From the sequence record MH752840.1: a stretch of 64,000 nucleotides of DNA; one strand, given 5' to 3'. Source of the stretch: Escherichia phage vB_EcoM-Pr121LW. This document shows positions 16,296 to 24,721 of the stretch, in pieces. Within the stretch, counting starts at the first letter, position 1; every line of letters begins with the position of its first letter. Made by a program: the position numbers and the translations under genes. The notes below the pieces were generated by a model. That model did no database searches. It saw only the letters and a program-made list of their open reading frames with translations, and was not told the DNA's origin.

Positions 16296-17272
16296 TGTCT
16301 GAAAAAACGATTACTATTAAAGAGAAGGGGATTGCCCTGTGCCACAAGGCGCAAGGCTATAGCGCTAACAACAGACCTGTATCTCTTTTGATGAAGAGTG
16401 ATCTTAAGCCTGAGCAGTTAACAGACGATATTGTTAAGGCACTTCGTCAAGTTACTGTGGAGCTTAGTTTTGAAGAATACCTGCGTCGTTTCTTCGATAT
16501 GTGGTATGATGATGCTAAAGCACTTGCACATATGCTTGGCTTTGAGATTGAAGAAGAGGCTTGGGCTAAAGAGCATCCTGATTGGGAATGGGCGCAAGCT
16601 GACGCAGAGTCTTGTATTGCATGGCTGGAAGAGCGTTGTGATAACGTGACCATTCATAAAGCTGCAAAAGAAGGCAAGCAGCTTAGTGTGGTAGATCAGT
16701 ACAGTCTGTTAAAAACACAACAGATTTTTGAACAAGTAACCGCTGATCTCTTCGATAAAGAAGGGAACCTGATTAAGGCGGTACAGGAACCTGCTGAGGT
16801 GGATAAAACTACCGAGGTGGATGATGTTGCAAAATCCGCAAATACCGAGGAGAATCCGGTGGACGTAACCAAAACTAAAGAGTATCTGGATCTGCTGAAG
16901 CAAGTAGAAGAGCTGAAAGCAACCCAGAGTAAAGCTGAAGAAATCATCAAGGCCCAAGTTGAAGTTGAAAAAGCTAAAATGCTGACTAAGGCTCAAGCTT
17001 TAAGCTTTGTTGGTGAAGAAGATCATGCAACCCTGGTTGACTTCATGCTGGAAAAAGCTAACGAACCTATCGTAGCTATGCTGGAGAAAGCTCAAGCCAA
17101 AATTAAAGAGCTGGAAGCAGAGGTGCATAAAACCAAAGAAGAGTTTGCCACCACTGAACATGGTAATGATGGCGAACCTGTTGTGGATGATATTGCAAAA
17201 TCCGCAGAAGAAATTCTTGCTGAAAACGTTGCAAAAGCACTTGCTCGTGCACGTGCAGAATCTGCCAAATAA
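16295..17272 (+). CDS. scaffolding protein
   Basis: 325 aa, acidic and alpha-helical/coiled-coil, Ala/Glu/Lys-rich, directly upstream of capsid genes. Confidence 0.55.
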   Translation: MSEKTITIKEKGIALCHKAQGYSANNRPVSLLMKSDLKPEQLTDDIVKALRQVTVELSFEEYLRRFFDMWYDDAKALAHMLGFEIEEEAWAKEHPDWEWAQADAESCIAWLEERCDNVTIHKAAKEGKQLSVVDQYSLLKTQQIFEQVTADLFDKEGNLIKAVQEPAEVDKTTEVDDVAKSANTEENPVDVTKTKEYLDLLKQVEELKATQSKAEEIIKAQVEVEKAKMLTKAQALSFVGEEDHATLVDFMLEKANEPIVAMLEKAQAKIKELEAEVHKTKEEFATTEHGNDGEPVVDDIAKSAEEILAENVAKALARARAESAK

Positions 17273-17292
17273 GACATTAACGGGGGAAATAA

Positions 17293-17682
17293 ATGATTAC
17301 CGCTCAATATTCTGATATCGTGCTCGGCAAAGTTGATTCTAGCGATGCTGGCTACAATTTTAAAGAGATTAAGGTAACACTGACAGAGCATCACCACGCT
17401 GGCACTGTTGTAACAAAAACAGGTACCATCGCTAACGCAGACGGTTCTGATGTGTACGGCGTTCTTGTTGACCGTGCTCTTGTCAAAGATGCTGGTACGG
17501 TTCATCTTGCAAAACCTTTAGAAGTAGGTCAATCCTATAACCTGGTTGTTGCCGTCCATGGTGTTACCTTTGCAAAAGACATGCTGTTAGGTGCAGGTGG
17601 AACTAAAGCAGACCAAAGAATTCTGGATAAGTTGGAAGCTTTAGGTAACAAAGTTCACGTCCAGACTCTTGGTGATGAGTAA
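17293..17682 (+). CDS. capsid-associated protein (possible decoration protein)
   Basis: 129-aa ORF between scaffold and major capsid gene; GGGGG RBS. Confidence 0.4.
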   Translation: MITAQYSDIVLGKVDSSDAGYNFKEIKVTLTEHHHAGTVVTKTGTIANADGSDVYGVLVDRALVKDAGTVHLAKPLEVGQSYNLVVAVHGVTFAKDMLLGAGGTKADQRILDKLEALGNKVHVQTLGDE

Positions 17683-17730
17683 GCCCTAAATTGTTCGGGA
17701 AAATATTTAAGTTTTACTTTGGAGAAATAA

Positions 17731-18741
17731 ATGATTACTCGTAAAGATGAATTTGGCATTGTTGATTTAGGTGCTACTCTGGACCTTGTTCCGCGCCAAT
17801 TCCGACTGATTACCGGTATGGATCTGTTCGAAACCCGTCTCGGCACCTCAACGATTGCTCAGATCGAGCGTGTTGATGAAGTTGTAACCGACATTCCGGC
17901 ACGCCGTCGTGGTGGTGAGCGTAACTACGTTGGTAATGAACGTGCTCAGGTTAAAAACCTGAACATCCCGTTCTTCCCTCTGGACAAAGGCATCACCGCC
18001 GCAGATGTTCAGAACTTCCGTCGTTACTTCACCCCTGATGCTCCGAAAACTGTTCAGGACGTAGTAACCCGAGTTGTTCGCCGTATCCGTGTTTCCCATG
18101 AAGCACTGCGTGAGAAAGCGCTGTTCCAGGCTATTCTGGGTAAATCCTATGCACCTGGTGACGCTACCTGCCAGTATGATTACTACACTCTGTGGGGTGT
18201 GTCTCAGAAATCTGTAGAAATCGATCCAGCAAAAGCAGATCAGGACCCGATGGAAGTTCTGGAAGACGCTCGTCTGCATATCGCTCTGCAAGCTGGTGAC
18301 AACGCTGCTGGCTACCGTATCGTGGCTCTGTGCTCTCCTGAGTTCTTCAGTGCAGTCACTCACCACCCGCTGGTAGAGCTGGCATACACCTACTACGGCT
18401 CTGCTCAGGAACCTCTGCGTCGTCGTCTGGGTGCTGGCGGTCAGGACAGCGTTTATCGTGTGTTCGAACATAAAGGTATCACCTTTATCGAAGATATCTC
18501 TGGCAATATTCCTAAGAAAGAAGCTCGCATTCTGCCGATGGGTATTGATCAGATGTTCCAGCTGCACTTTGCTCCGGCAGATGATGTTAACGAAGCAAAT
18601 ACCCCAGCACAGGAACTGTATATGTGGTATAAACACTCTGCATACCTGCGTGAAGAGAAGATTGAATCTGAAACTTCTATGCTGGCAGTTAACACCCGTC
18701 CAGAGCTGGTTGTTAAAGCAACTCTGAAAGGTGGTGAATAA
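17731..18741 (+). CDS. major capsid protein
   Basis: 336 aa, strong RBS, followed by a very strong terminator; position after the scaffold gene. Confidence 0.65.
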   Translation: MITRKDEFGIVDLGATLDLVPRQFRLITGMDLFETRLGTSTIAQIERVDEVVTDIPARRRGGERNYVGNERAQVKNLNIPFFPLDKGITAADVQNFRRYFTPDAPKTVQDVVTRVVRRIRVSHEALREKALFQAILGKSYAPGDATCQYDYYTLWGVSQKSVEIDPAKADQDPMEVLEDARLHIALQAGDNAAGYRIVALCSPEFFSAVTHHPLVELAYTYYGSAQEPLRRRLGAGGQDSVYRVFEHKGITFIEDISGNIPKKEARILPMGIDQMFQLHFAPADDVNEANTPAQELYMWYKHSAYLREEKIESETSMLAVNTRPELVVKATLKGGE

Positions 18742-18765
18742 TCACTGAGGTGATTCATCCCATAT

Positions 18766-18795
18766 GGGGAGGGGGTTCTCCCCCTCCCCTTTTTA
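18766..18795 (+). terminator. rho-independent terminator
   Basis: Perfect hairpin GGGGAGGGGG-TTCT-CCCCCTCCCC followed by TTTTT. Confidence 0.8.
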
Positions 18796-18822
18796 TTTAT
18801 TAGGGTTTAACAGGAGTGCCCC

Positions 18823-19653
18823 GTGAAGAGAGCCGTATATCCAGTTGAGTATGATCCTCTATTAAGAGTTTTCAACAATCAGTTAAGTTTTTATCAATTT
18901 TTAGCACAATATAATCCAGAAATCAATGTTGGTTTATCAGCCCTTCTGCCACCAACAGAATTCGTTATTGGCAGTGTTCACTATCCATGTAGAACGATTG
19001 TAGACTTCTTCGAGAAGATTGCAAAACATACAGGCCTGCCAATTGATACTGGTATTTCAACTATCCGTATGGGTGTTATTCTTCTGTTCTTCACAGAAAA
19101 CCTTGATGAAAGCACTTTAACACTTCAAAGTGGTGATGTCAACATTACACTTACCCCTTCAGTGTTTAAAGAGGTAGATGCTGCTTTCAAGGTTTCCGTG
19201 GCAGAGGGCCATCTATGGGACCCTGCAGGAATGCCTAAAAAAGTGACCATAAACGATGAGCAATGCAACATTGTTTATGAAGAAGATACCCAAACTTTCA
19301 CCATTGAGTGGCCTAAGAAACGTTCTCAGGTTATAAATCTGGGTTTGACTTCTACAGTAGCACCTGAACCAGAACCTGAGCCTGAACCTGAACCAGAGCC
19401 TGAGCCGCCTGGAGAGGGTGACGGTGAAGGTCCTGCAGCAGATCCACAAGATGTGGCTGTAGCCTCTTTCGCATCTGCAGCTGTTGAGAATAAGGATGAA
19501 ATCCTTAAACAGGCCGCAGCTCTTAACAACGAAGATGACAAAAGTGGTTCAAAAGATGCACTCCAAACCTTCGCTAAAGAGTACGGTGTTACCTTAAGTA
19601 AGGCAAAAACTTTCCAAAATATGATGAAAGATTTTGAGGCTGCACTGGCATAA
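18823..19653 (+). CDS. structural protein with (Pro-Glu)n linker
   Basis: 276 aa, GTG start after AGGAG; internal PEPEPEPEPEPEPP repeat encoded at about 19365-19405. Confidence 0.45.
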   Translation: MKRAVYPVEYDPLLRVFNNQLSFYQFLAQYNPEINVGLSALLPPTEFVIGSVHYPCRTIVDFFEKIAKHTGLPIDTGISTIRMGVILLFFTENLDESTLTLQSGDVNITLTPSVFKEVDAAFKVSVAEGHLWDPAGMPKKVTINDEQCNIVYEEDTQTFTIEWPKKRSQVINLGLTSTVAPEPEPEPEPEPEPEPPGEGDGEGPAADPQDVAVASFASAAVENKDEILKQAAALNNEDDKSGSKDALQTFAKEYGVTLSKAKTFQNMMKDFEAALA

Positions 19654-19660
19654 TTTTGTT

Positions 19661-19697
19661 AAGGCCCCTTCCAAATCAGGAATGGGGCTTTATTTTT
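19661..19697 (+). terminator. rho-independent terminator
   Basis: Hairpin AAGGCCCC ... GGGGCTT followed by a T-run. Confidence 0.5.
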
Positions 19698-19712
19698 ACG
19701 AGGTATTTTCAA

Positions 19713-20333
19713 ATGGCATGGTATGAAGATGAAGAGATTATCCCGTCCCCGCCTAACCATGATGGTGTAGTCGATACCCCAGCAGAGCCACCAAAAGAAG
19801 ATCCTGTACCTCCGGAACATGATCCAGACCAACCTCTTATTAATATTATGAGGTTGTTGCTTGGCAATGTTGATGAGGAAACCCTCCCTGATGAGGTAAT
19901 TAAAACATTCCTTGACATGGAGAAGTTAAAACTAAATTATCCGGCAGATCCTGATAAGCTTCCCCTACTTAAGTACAATGTGCTTGTGCAGCTTGTGCGG
20001 TGGCTGATGATGCAGGAAGTGTCCAGCGGTAATGCAAGTATAACTTCCCGTCTGGAAAAAATAGGTGATGAGACCATAGAGATTCGTGGTGGATCTTCCT
20101 ACGCCCAATGGAAAGATTTCCTTGATTGGCTGCTGGCACACCCAGACTATGTAGATTCTGAGCTAGATGCTTACAGCAGAATGATTATTATTGGTGGTGT
20201 TCGTGTAGATGAAGGAATTCGGGTTAAATTTAATGAAAACAGCAACGGGCCGTTCGATGTCCAGGGTATTACACCTATCAGTGGTCTAAATAACCAACCT
20301 CCTCGCCACCCAAGACGCAAACGCAGTTTTTAA
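19713..20333 (+). CDS. hypothetical virion protein
   Basis: Start chosen at ATG 19713; acidic Pro-rich N-terminus. Confidence 0.4.
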   Translation: MAWYEDEEIIPSPPNHDGVVDTPAEPPKEDPVPPEHDPDQPLINIMRLLLGNVDEETLPDEVIKTFLDMEKLKLNYPADPDKLPLLKYNVLVQLVRWLMMQEVSSGNASITSRLEKIGDETIEIRGGSSYAQWKDFLDWLLAHPDYVDSELDAYSRMIIIGGVRVDEGIRVKFNENSNGPFDVQGITPISGLNNQPPRHPRRKRSF

Positions 20334-20340
20334 AAATTGT

Positions 20341-20369
20341 TGCTTTTGATGTATCTTTGTGGTAAAATA
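20341..20369 (+). promoter_or_regulatory. sigma70-like promoter (TTGCTT-N17-TAAAAT, TGGTAAAAT extended -10)
   Basis: Matches the recurring promoter pattern in this window. Confidence 0.4.
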
Positions 20370-20386
20370 CATTAGTGAGGGATATA

Positions 20387-20845
20387 ATGCTAAAGGTTAA
20401 ATGTCAAACAAGGTTCAACCTAAAGCGTTTAGATAGCTTCTACAAAGAACTTGTGAGACTTGAAAGTAAAACAATAACCTACGGCTTTTATGACGAACCT
20501 CACCCGTCAGGCTTAAATATGGCAACATTGGCAGCCATTCACAACTTTGGTTGGAACGGGCTGCCTGTTCGCAATTTCATGGAGACAGCCTTTGCATTTC
20601 ACAGCACTCAACTGCAGACCTTGACAGAAAAATTGTTGAGAGCTATGGCGAGAGGATCAAGTGCAGAGGCTATTCTTAAGCAGATGGGGGACACAGGGGC
20701 CAAAGCTATCCAGTTTGTTATTGAGGCTGGTCAGTTTAGTAATCCTACTGTTAGTGAGCAGTGGGCACAAGAAAAGGGCTTCAACGAGGCTATGCGGCAT
20801 TACGATGTGCTGCTTGAATCTGCAACCTTTAAAATCGGACAGTAA
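20387..20845 (+). CDS. head-tail joining region protein
   Basis: Start at ATG 20387 behind GAGGGA; position between head and tail genes. Confidence 0.4.
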   Translation: MLKVKCQTRFNLKRLDSFYKELVRLESKTITYGFYDEPHPSGLNMATLAAIHNFGWNGLPVRNFMETAFAFHSTQLQTLTEKLLRAMARGSSAEAILKQMGDTGAKAIQFVIEAGQFSNPTVSEQWAQEKGFNEAMRHYDVLLESATFKIGQ

Positions 20846-20861
20846 AAATAAGGGGGGTTGA

Positions 20862-21287
20862 GTGGCAGCAGGTTATAAGCTGATAGGAAAGAACAGACTA
20901 ATACCTCGTAAAACATTCAAAGGTCGCCACAGAGTGTATAACAAAACAGTTGGTGGTCCTTTTGTCAACGAGGGGTTAGAGCTTGAGTATGAAGAGTTTG
21001 ATGTCTTAGAGTGTGTTGTGCAGCCGTTGACAGGAAGGGCAGCTAAAGATTACTCCTCTCAAATAAACCCTGAAGGTGACAGACAGTACGAGGCTTTTAC
21101 AGTTTACTCCTCAACCAAGTTGTATAGTCCGGACGAAGGAACATATGCAATGGCTGACCAAATTCAGCTGCCTGACATCCGTGGTGACTTGAAATGGTTT
21201 ACCGTTTTAAAATGCGATGCATATGTTACCTCTGGTGGTGGGAGATATAGATTTTTTGTGGTAGAAGAGCCTGAAGGAGAGAACTGA
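20862..21287 (+). CDS. head-tail joining region protein
   Basis: 141-aa ORF, GTG start behind AGGGGGG. Confidence 0.4.
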   Translation: MAAGYKLIGKNRLIPRKTFKGRHRVYNKTVGGPFVNEGLELEYEEFDVLECVVQPLTGRAAKDYSSQINPEGDRQYEAFTVYSSTKLYSPDEGTYAMADQIQLPDIRGDLKWFTVLKCDAYVTSGGGRYRFFVVEEPEGEN

Positions 21288-21838
21288 TGGAAGCTTTCGA
21301 AAAAGTTTTTTCTGATCTTGAAACAACCATTGCTAAGCTCGTCAAGGTTGCCACAGGAAGAACTGTAGTTCTGGCAGAAAGCTCGACCATACCGAAGCCG
21401 GAAGGTGAGTTTGTACTTTTACAAACCTTGGCGATCAATCCCACCACTTGGGAAGATAATGAGTTTCAAGATGCGGAGGGTAATGCTTACGTCACCCACA
21501 GCTACACTGTTACTTATCTATTAACAGCTTATCGTGGCAGGGCATATGCTGCACTTAGCAGAGTATTGCAAGCAATAAACCTTCCAATGTTTTATGACAA
21601 GTATTTCCCTTTGGGATCGTGCTTTGCCTACTCTAACAATTCAACAATCTCACCTCAAAGAGTGCCGTTGAATAAGCAGACGTATGAAAATAGAGCCACT
21701 GTGATGCTGACATTTAACGTAAGGTTTGTTGAAACAGACATTGGGGCTTTTGAGGATCTTCAGGGAATTAAGGCTGAAATAACCACACACTTCCCTTCAC
21801 CCAATTCTGGTAAAGCGGTTACAGACAGTGGTCAGTAA
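21287..21838 (+). CDS. head-tail joining region protein (possible tail terminator)
   Basis: 183-aa ORF overlapping the upstream stop; immediately precedes the sheath-like gene. Confidence 0.4.
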   Translation: MEAFEKVFSDLETTIAKLVKVATGRTVVLAESSTIPKPEGEFVLLQTLAINPTTWEDNEFQDAEGNAYVTHSYTVTYLLTAYRGRAYAALSRVLQAINLPMFYDKYFPLGSCFAYSNNSTISPQRVPLNKQTYENRATVMLTFNVRFVETDIGAFEDLQGIKAEITTHFPSPNSGKAVTDSGQ

Positions 21839-21910
21839 TCGTTATAATTGTGTAGTGTAATGATTACACTGCGTGTTTGATATCCGTGCACAGATATTAA
21901 GAGGAAACAA

Positions 21911-23287
21911 ATGCCATATTTAGATAAAGTGGTAGATGTTACAGTTAACCTCGGAACCCAGCCTATCGACACTGTAGGTTTCGAAACTCCCCTGTTCATC
22001 GCTATCCACAATAACTTTACTGAGCGAGCTCGCGTATATGCGGAGCTGGATCAGATGGTGGAAGATGGTTTCGCACAAGGCTCTGCAGCGTATGAGTTTG
22101 CAGCAAAAGCTTTTGGTGGTGTATTCCCTCCACAATACGTTATGATCGGCAGACAGGCCAAAGAAAAGACCACTGTAGATTTTAAAGGTATTGCTGCCGC
22201 AGCTGATACCGATGTTGTAATGACTATTGCAAAAGGTGACTACAATACTGCCTTGATAGTCCCTATCTCTGGTGGAACAGGGGCAACCCAGATCGCAGAG
22301 GCAATGAAGGAAAAAATTGAGGCTGATGATAGCTTAGACGGTATCACCGTACAGGCCGAAGAAGGTGTTATCACCATCACTGGTGATTGTACTGTTGGTT
22401 ATCATACTGGTAACTACACGATCAAAAACATTGCTAATAGTGAAAAACCTTCTACCGTGATCGACAAGATCAACGCTGAGCAGGATAATTGGTACTTCTT
22501 GTGCCATGAAGACCACACAGATATTGAAGCATGTGCTAAGTGGGCTCAGGCTAACTACAAACTGCATGTCTACTCTACTGCAGAAGATGTGACTGGCAAA
22601 GACAGCAACATTGCCACTAAACTGAAAGCTGCAAAATATGACAGTATTGGTATGTACGACCCTCGCGCCGACAAAGACTTCCCAGAGGGCGGTATTATCG
22701 GTGCTATGGCATCCAACGATCCGTCCTACGGCGACAGCTTACACTTAAAACAGATGCCTGGTGTTCTTGCACCATCCCTGACCTTGACCCAGCGCATGGC
22801 GATTTGGGAGAACAACATTAACTTCTACAGAACAATCAACGGTGTTGGTGCTTTCTGGGAAGGTAAATGTGCTTCTGGTCAGTATGCAGATGCTATCCGC
22901 TTCGCCCACTGGATTAAATTCAGATCCGAAGAGTCTATGTTTGGATACATGCATCGCCGATCTAATATGGGTCTGAGCATGAAGATGTCTGATGATGATC
23001 TTCCGGTTATCAAGTCTGTCCTGATGAACAACCCAATTAATACTGGCATTAAGAATGGTGCGATCCTGACAGGTTTCGACGAAGACAATAATGTATTCTA
23101 CGACCCGATCATCACAGTTCCTAAACGTGCAGAAATCCCAACCAATCAGTTGGCTGCTCGTGTTCTGGAAGGTGTGAAAGTAGAACTGGTGTACAATAAC
23201 GCCCTGCACTTCGTTCGTATCCGGATCAACGTCCTTCTGGACAAAGTTGGTTCTAAATCCACCAATGCTGTTGCAATGACTGAATAA
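21911..23287 (+). CDS. tail sheath-like major tail protein
   Basis: 458 aa; followed by a 157-aa tube-like protein, a frameshifted chaperone pair and the tape measure, the P2/Mu-type gene order. Confidence 0.5.
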   Translation: MPYLDKVVDVTVNLGTQPIDTVGFETPLFIAIHNNFTERARVYAELDQMVEDGFAQGSAAYEFAAKAFGGVFPPQYVMIGRQAKEKTTVDFKGIAAAADTDVVMTIAKGDYNTALIVPISGGTGATQIAEAMKEKIEADDSLDGITVQAEEGVITITGDCTVGYHTGNYTIKNIANSEKPSTVIDKINAEQDNWYFLCHEDHTDIEACAKWAQANYKLHVYSTAEDVTGKDSNIATKLKAAKYDSIGMYDPRADKDFPEGGIIGAMASNDPSYGDSLHLKQMPGVLAPSLTLTQRMAIWENNINFYRTINGVGAFWEGKCASGQYADAIRFAHWIKFRSEESMFGYMHRRSNMGLSMKMSDDDLPVIKSVLMNNPINTGIKNGAILTGFDEDNNVFYDPIITVPKRAEIPTNQLAARVLEGVKVELVYNNALHFVRIRINVLLDKVGSKSTNAVAMTE

Positions 23288-23297
23288 GGAAGCCTAG

Positions 23298-23771
23298 ATG
23301 GAAACTCAAATTTTAACTCCTTATGCGTATGACCCTAAAAAGGTCAAACTGTATCTGATGCAGCAGCGTGTCACTGGCTTCGCTGCTGACACCAAGATTG
23401 TTGTTTCAAGAAACGAAGACAACATTTATCCTCACGTCGGTGTGGATGGTGAAATGTCTGCGGCTCTGTCCCGTAACCAATCTGGTGTTATGACTGTGTC
23501 TTTGCAGAACACTTCTGTATGGAACGCTTACCTTTCTGACTGGCAGAAACAGGCATCGATTACTGGTCTGGTATTCTTCCCAGTTCTGCTGGAAGGTAGC
23601 CAGGGCCCTGGTATTTCCACAATTGGTTGGATCCAGAAACAGCCTGACCTGACTTACGGAACCGAAGTAGGTCAGCTGGACTGGGATATCGGTATTCTGG
23701 ATGCATGGCTCAACCGTGATAACATCACTGGTGCTCTTACTGGCCTCGCAGGTCTTGCAGGTATTATCTAA
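23298..23771 (+). CDS. tail tube-like protein
   Basis: 157-aa ORF immediately after the sheath-like gene. Confidence 0.5.
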   Translation: METQILTPYAYDPKKVKLYLMQQRVTGFAADTKIVVSRNEDNIYPHVGVDGEMSAALSRNQSGVMTVSLQNTSVWNAYLSDWQKQASITGLVFFPVLLEGSQGPGISTIGWIQKQPDLTYGTEVGQLDWDIGILDAWLNRDNITGALTGLAGLAGII

Positions 23772-23787
23772 GGGCACACTTTAGCAT

Positions 23788-23816
23788 AAGCCTCACCTTC
23801 GGGTGGGGCTTTTTGC
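23788..23816 (+). terminator. rho-independent terminator
   Basis: Hairpin GCCTCACC-TTCG-GGTGGGGC followed by TTTTT. Confidence 0.6.
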
Positions 23817-23862
23817 TTTTATGGTTTTGACACACGTTCTTGAATTGCTTGAAAGGTTAAAT

Positions 23863-23891
23863 TGACAATGCACCATAATCATGGTAAAATA
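23863..23891 (+). promoter_or_regulatory. sigma70-like promoter (TTGACA-N17-TAAAAT)
   Basis: Consensus hexamers with TGGTAAAAT extended -10. Confidence 0.5.
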
Positions 23892-23933
23892 CACAAATAT
23901 GGTGCACAACATGACTAATAAGGATGCTATAAA

Positions 23934-24407
23934 ATGGCTATAAACTTTAGACCTACAACAGAGATTGATTTAGCAGGGCACAACTTTGTGATCACCCACT
24001 GGGGACCGATGAAAGCAATGAAAAACATGCCTAAAATCGGTAAGATTGTGGCTGTCCCGCTAGGTGCTATCGGTGGATCTATTATCTCTGGTGGTCAGAA
24101 TATGGCAGAGGTCCTTCCTACTGCTCTGGCTTACCTGTTCCAAGAACTTGATGATAGCTCTATTGAAGAGTTATTTAAAATCTTGTTCGAAGATATTACC
24201 GTAGATGGTGTGGATAAGCTTAACCCAGATGTTGTGTTTGCAGGGCATCTGCTGGAGATGATTAAGCTGGCAGGTAAGGTTCTGGAGGTTAACTACGGCT
24301 GTTTTTTCACACAAGACGGTTTAGGAAGCCTTCTGGAGATGTTACAGCAGATGGGTATGATTCAGCAGGTGAACAACCTGGATCAGACTCCGGAAGAGCA
24401 GGAATAA
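23934..24407 (+). CDS. tail assembly chaperone (in-frame product)
   Basis: 157-aa acidic protein directly upstream of the tape measure gene. Confidence 0.6.
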   Translation: MAINFRPTTEIDLAGHNFVITHWGPMKAMKNMPKIGKIVAVPLGAIGGSIISGGQNMAEVLPTALAYLFQELDDSSIEELFKILFEDITVDGVDKLNPDVVFAGHLLEMIKLAGKVLEVNYGCFFTQDGLGSLLEMLQQMGMIQQVNNLDQTPEEQE

Positions 24408-24667
24408 GCAAGGTTGTTGTGAGGGCCAGTGAGTGGGCAGCCAAGAACAGTTCACTCAACTGGTTCGACTTTCTTTGGTGCAGGGTGCTCAAGAATTTCA
24501 AAGGGGAAAATTTTGAATCGCTAAATCTTGCAGATATGGCGTATTTCCTGAAGCTCTGTGAGTATCTTGATATTGAAGAATTCCTAGATACCGTCCAAAA
24601 CAGGGAAATGGAGCGGGAGCAGAAGGCTGCCGCAGCTGCTGCGAAAGCTAAGCGCAGGAGAGGATAA
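23934..24667 (+). CDS. tail assembly chaperone, predicted -1 frameshift fusion product
   Basis: Slippery heptamer T-TTT-TTC at 24302-24308 in frame; the -1 frame is open from 24308 to the stop at 24667. Confidence 0.5.
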
Positions 24668-24672
24668 TCTAA

Positions 24673-24707
24673 GGGCCGGATTCCTTTTCTGGGATCTGGC
24701 CCTTTTT
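24673..24707 (+). terminator. possible terminator or attenuator
   Basis: 8-bp stem GGGCCGGA/TCTGGCCC followed by TTTTT, between the chaperone and tape measure genes. Confidence 0.35.
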
Positions 24708-24721
24708 ATTATGAGGAAACC

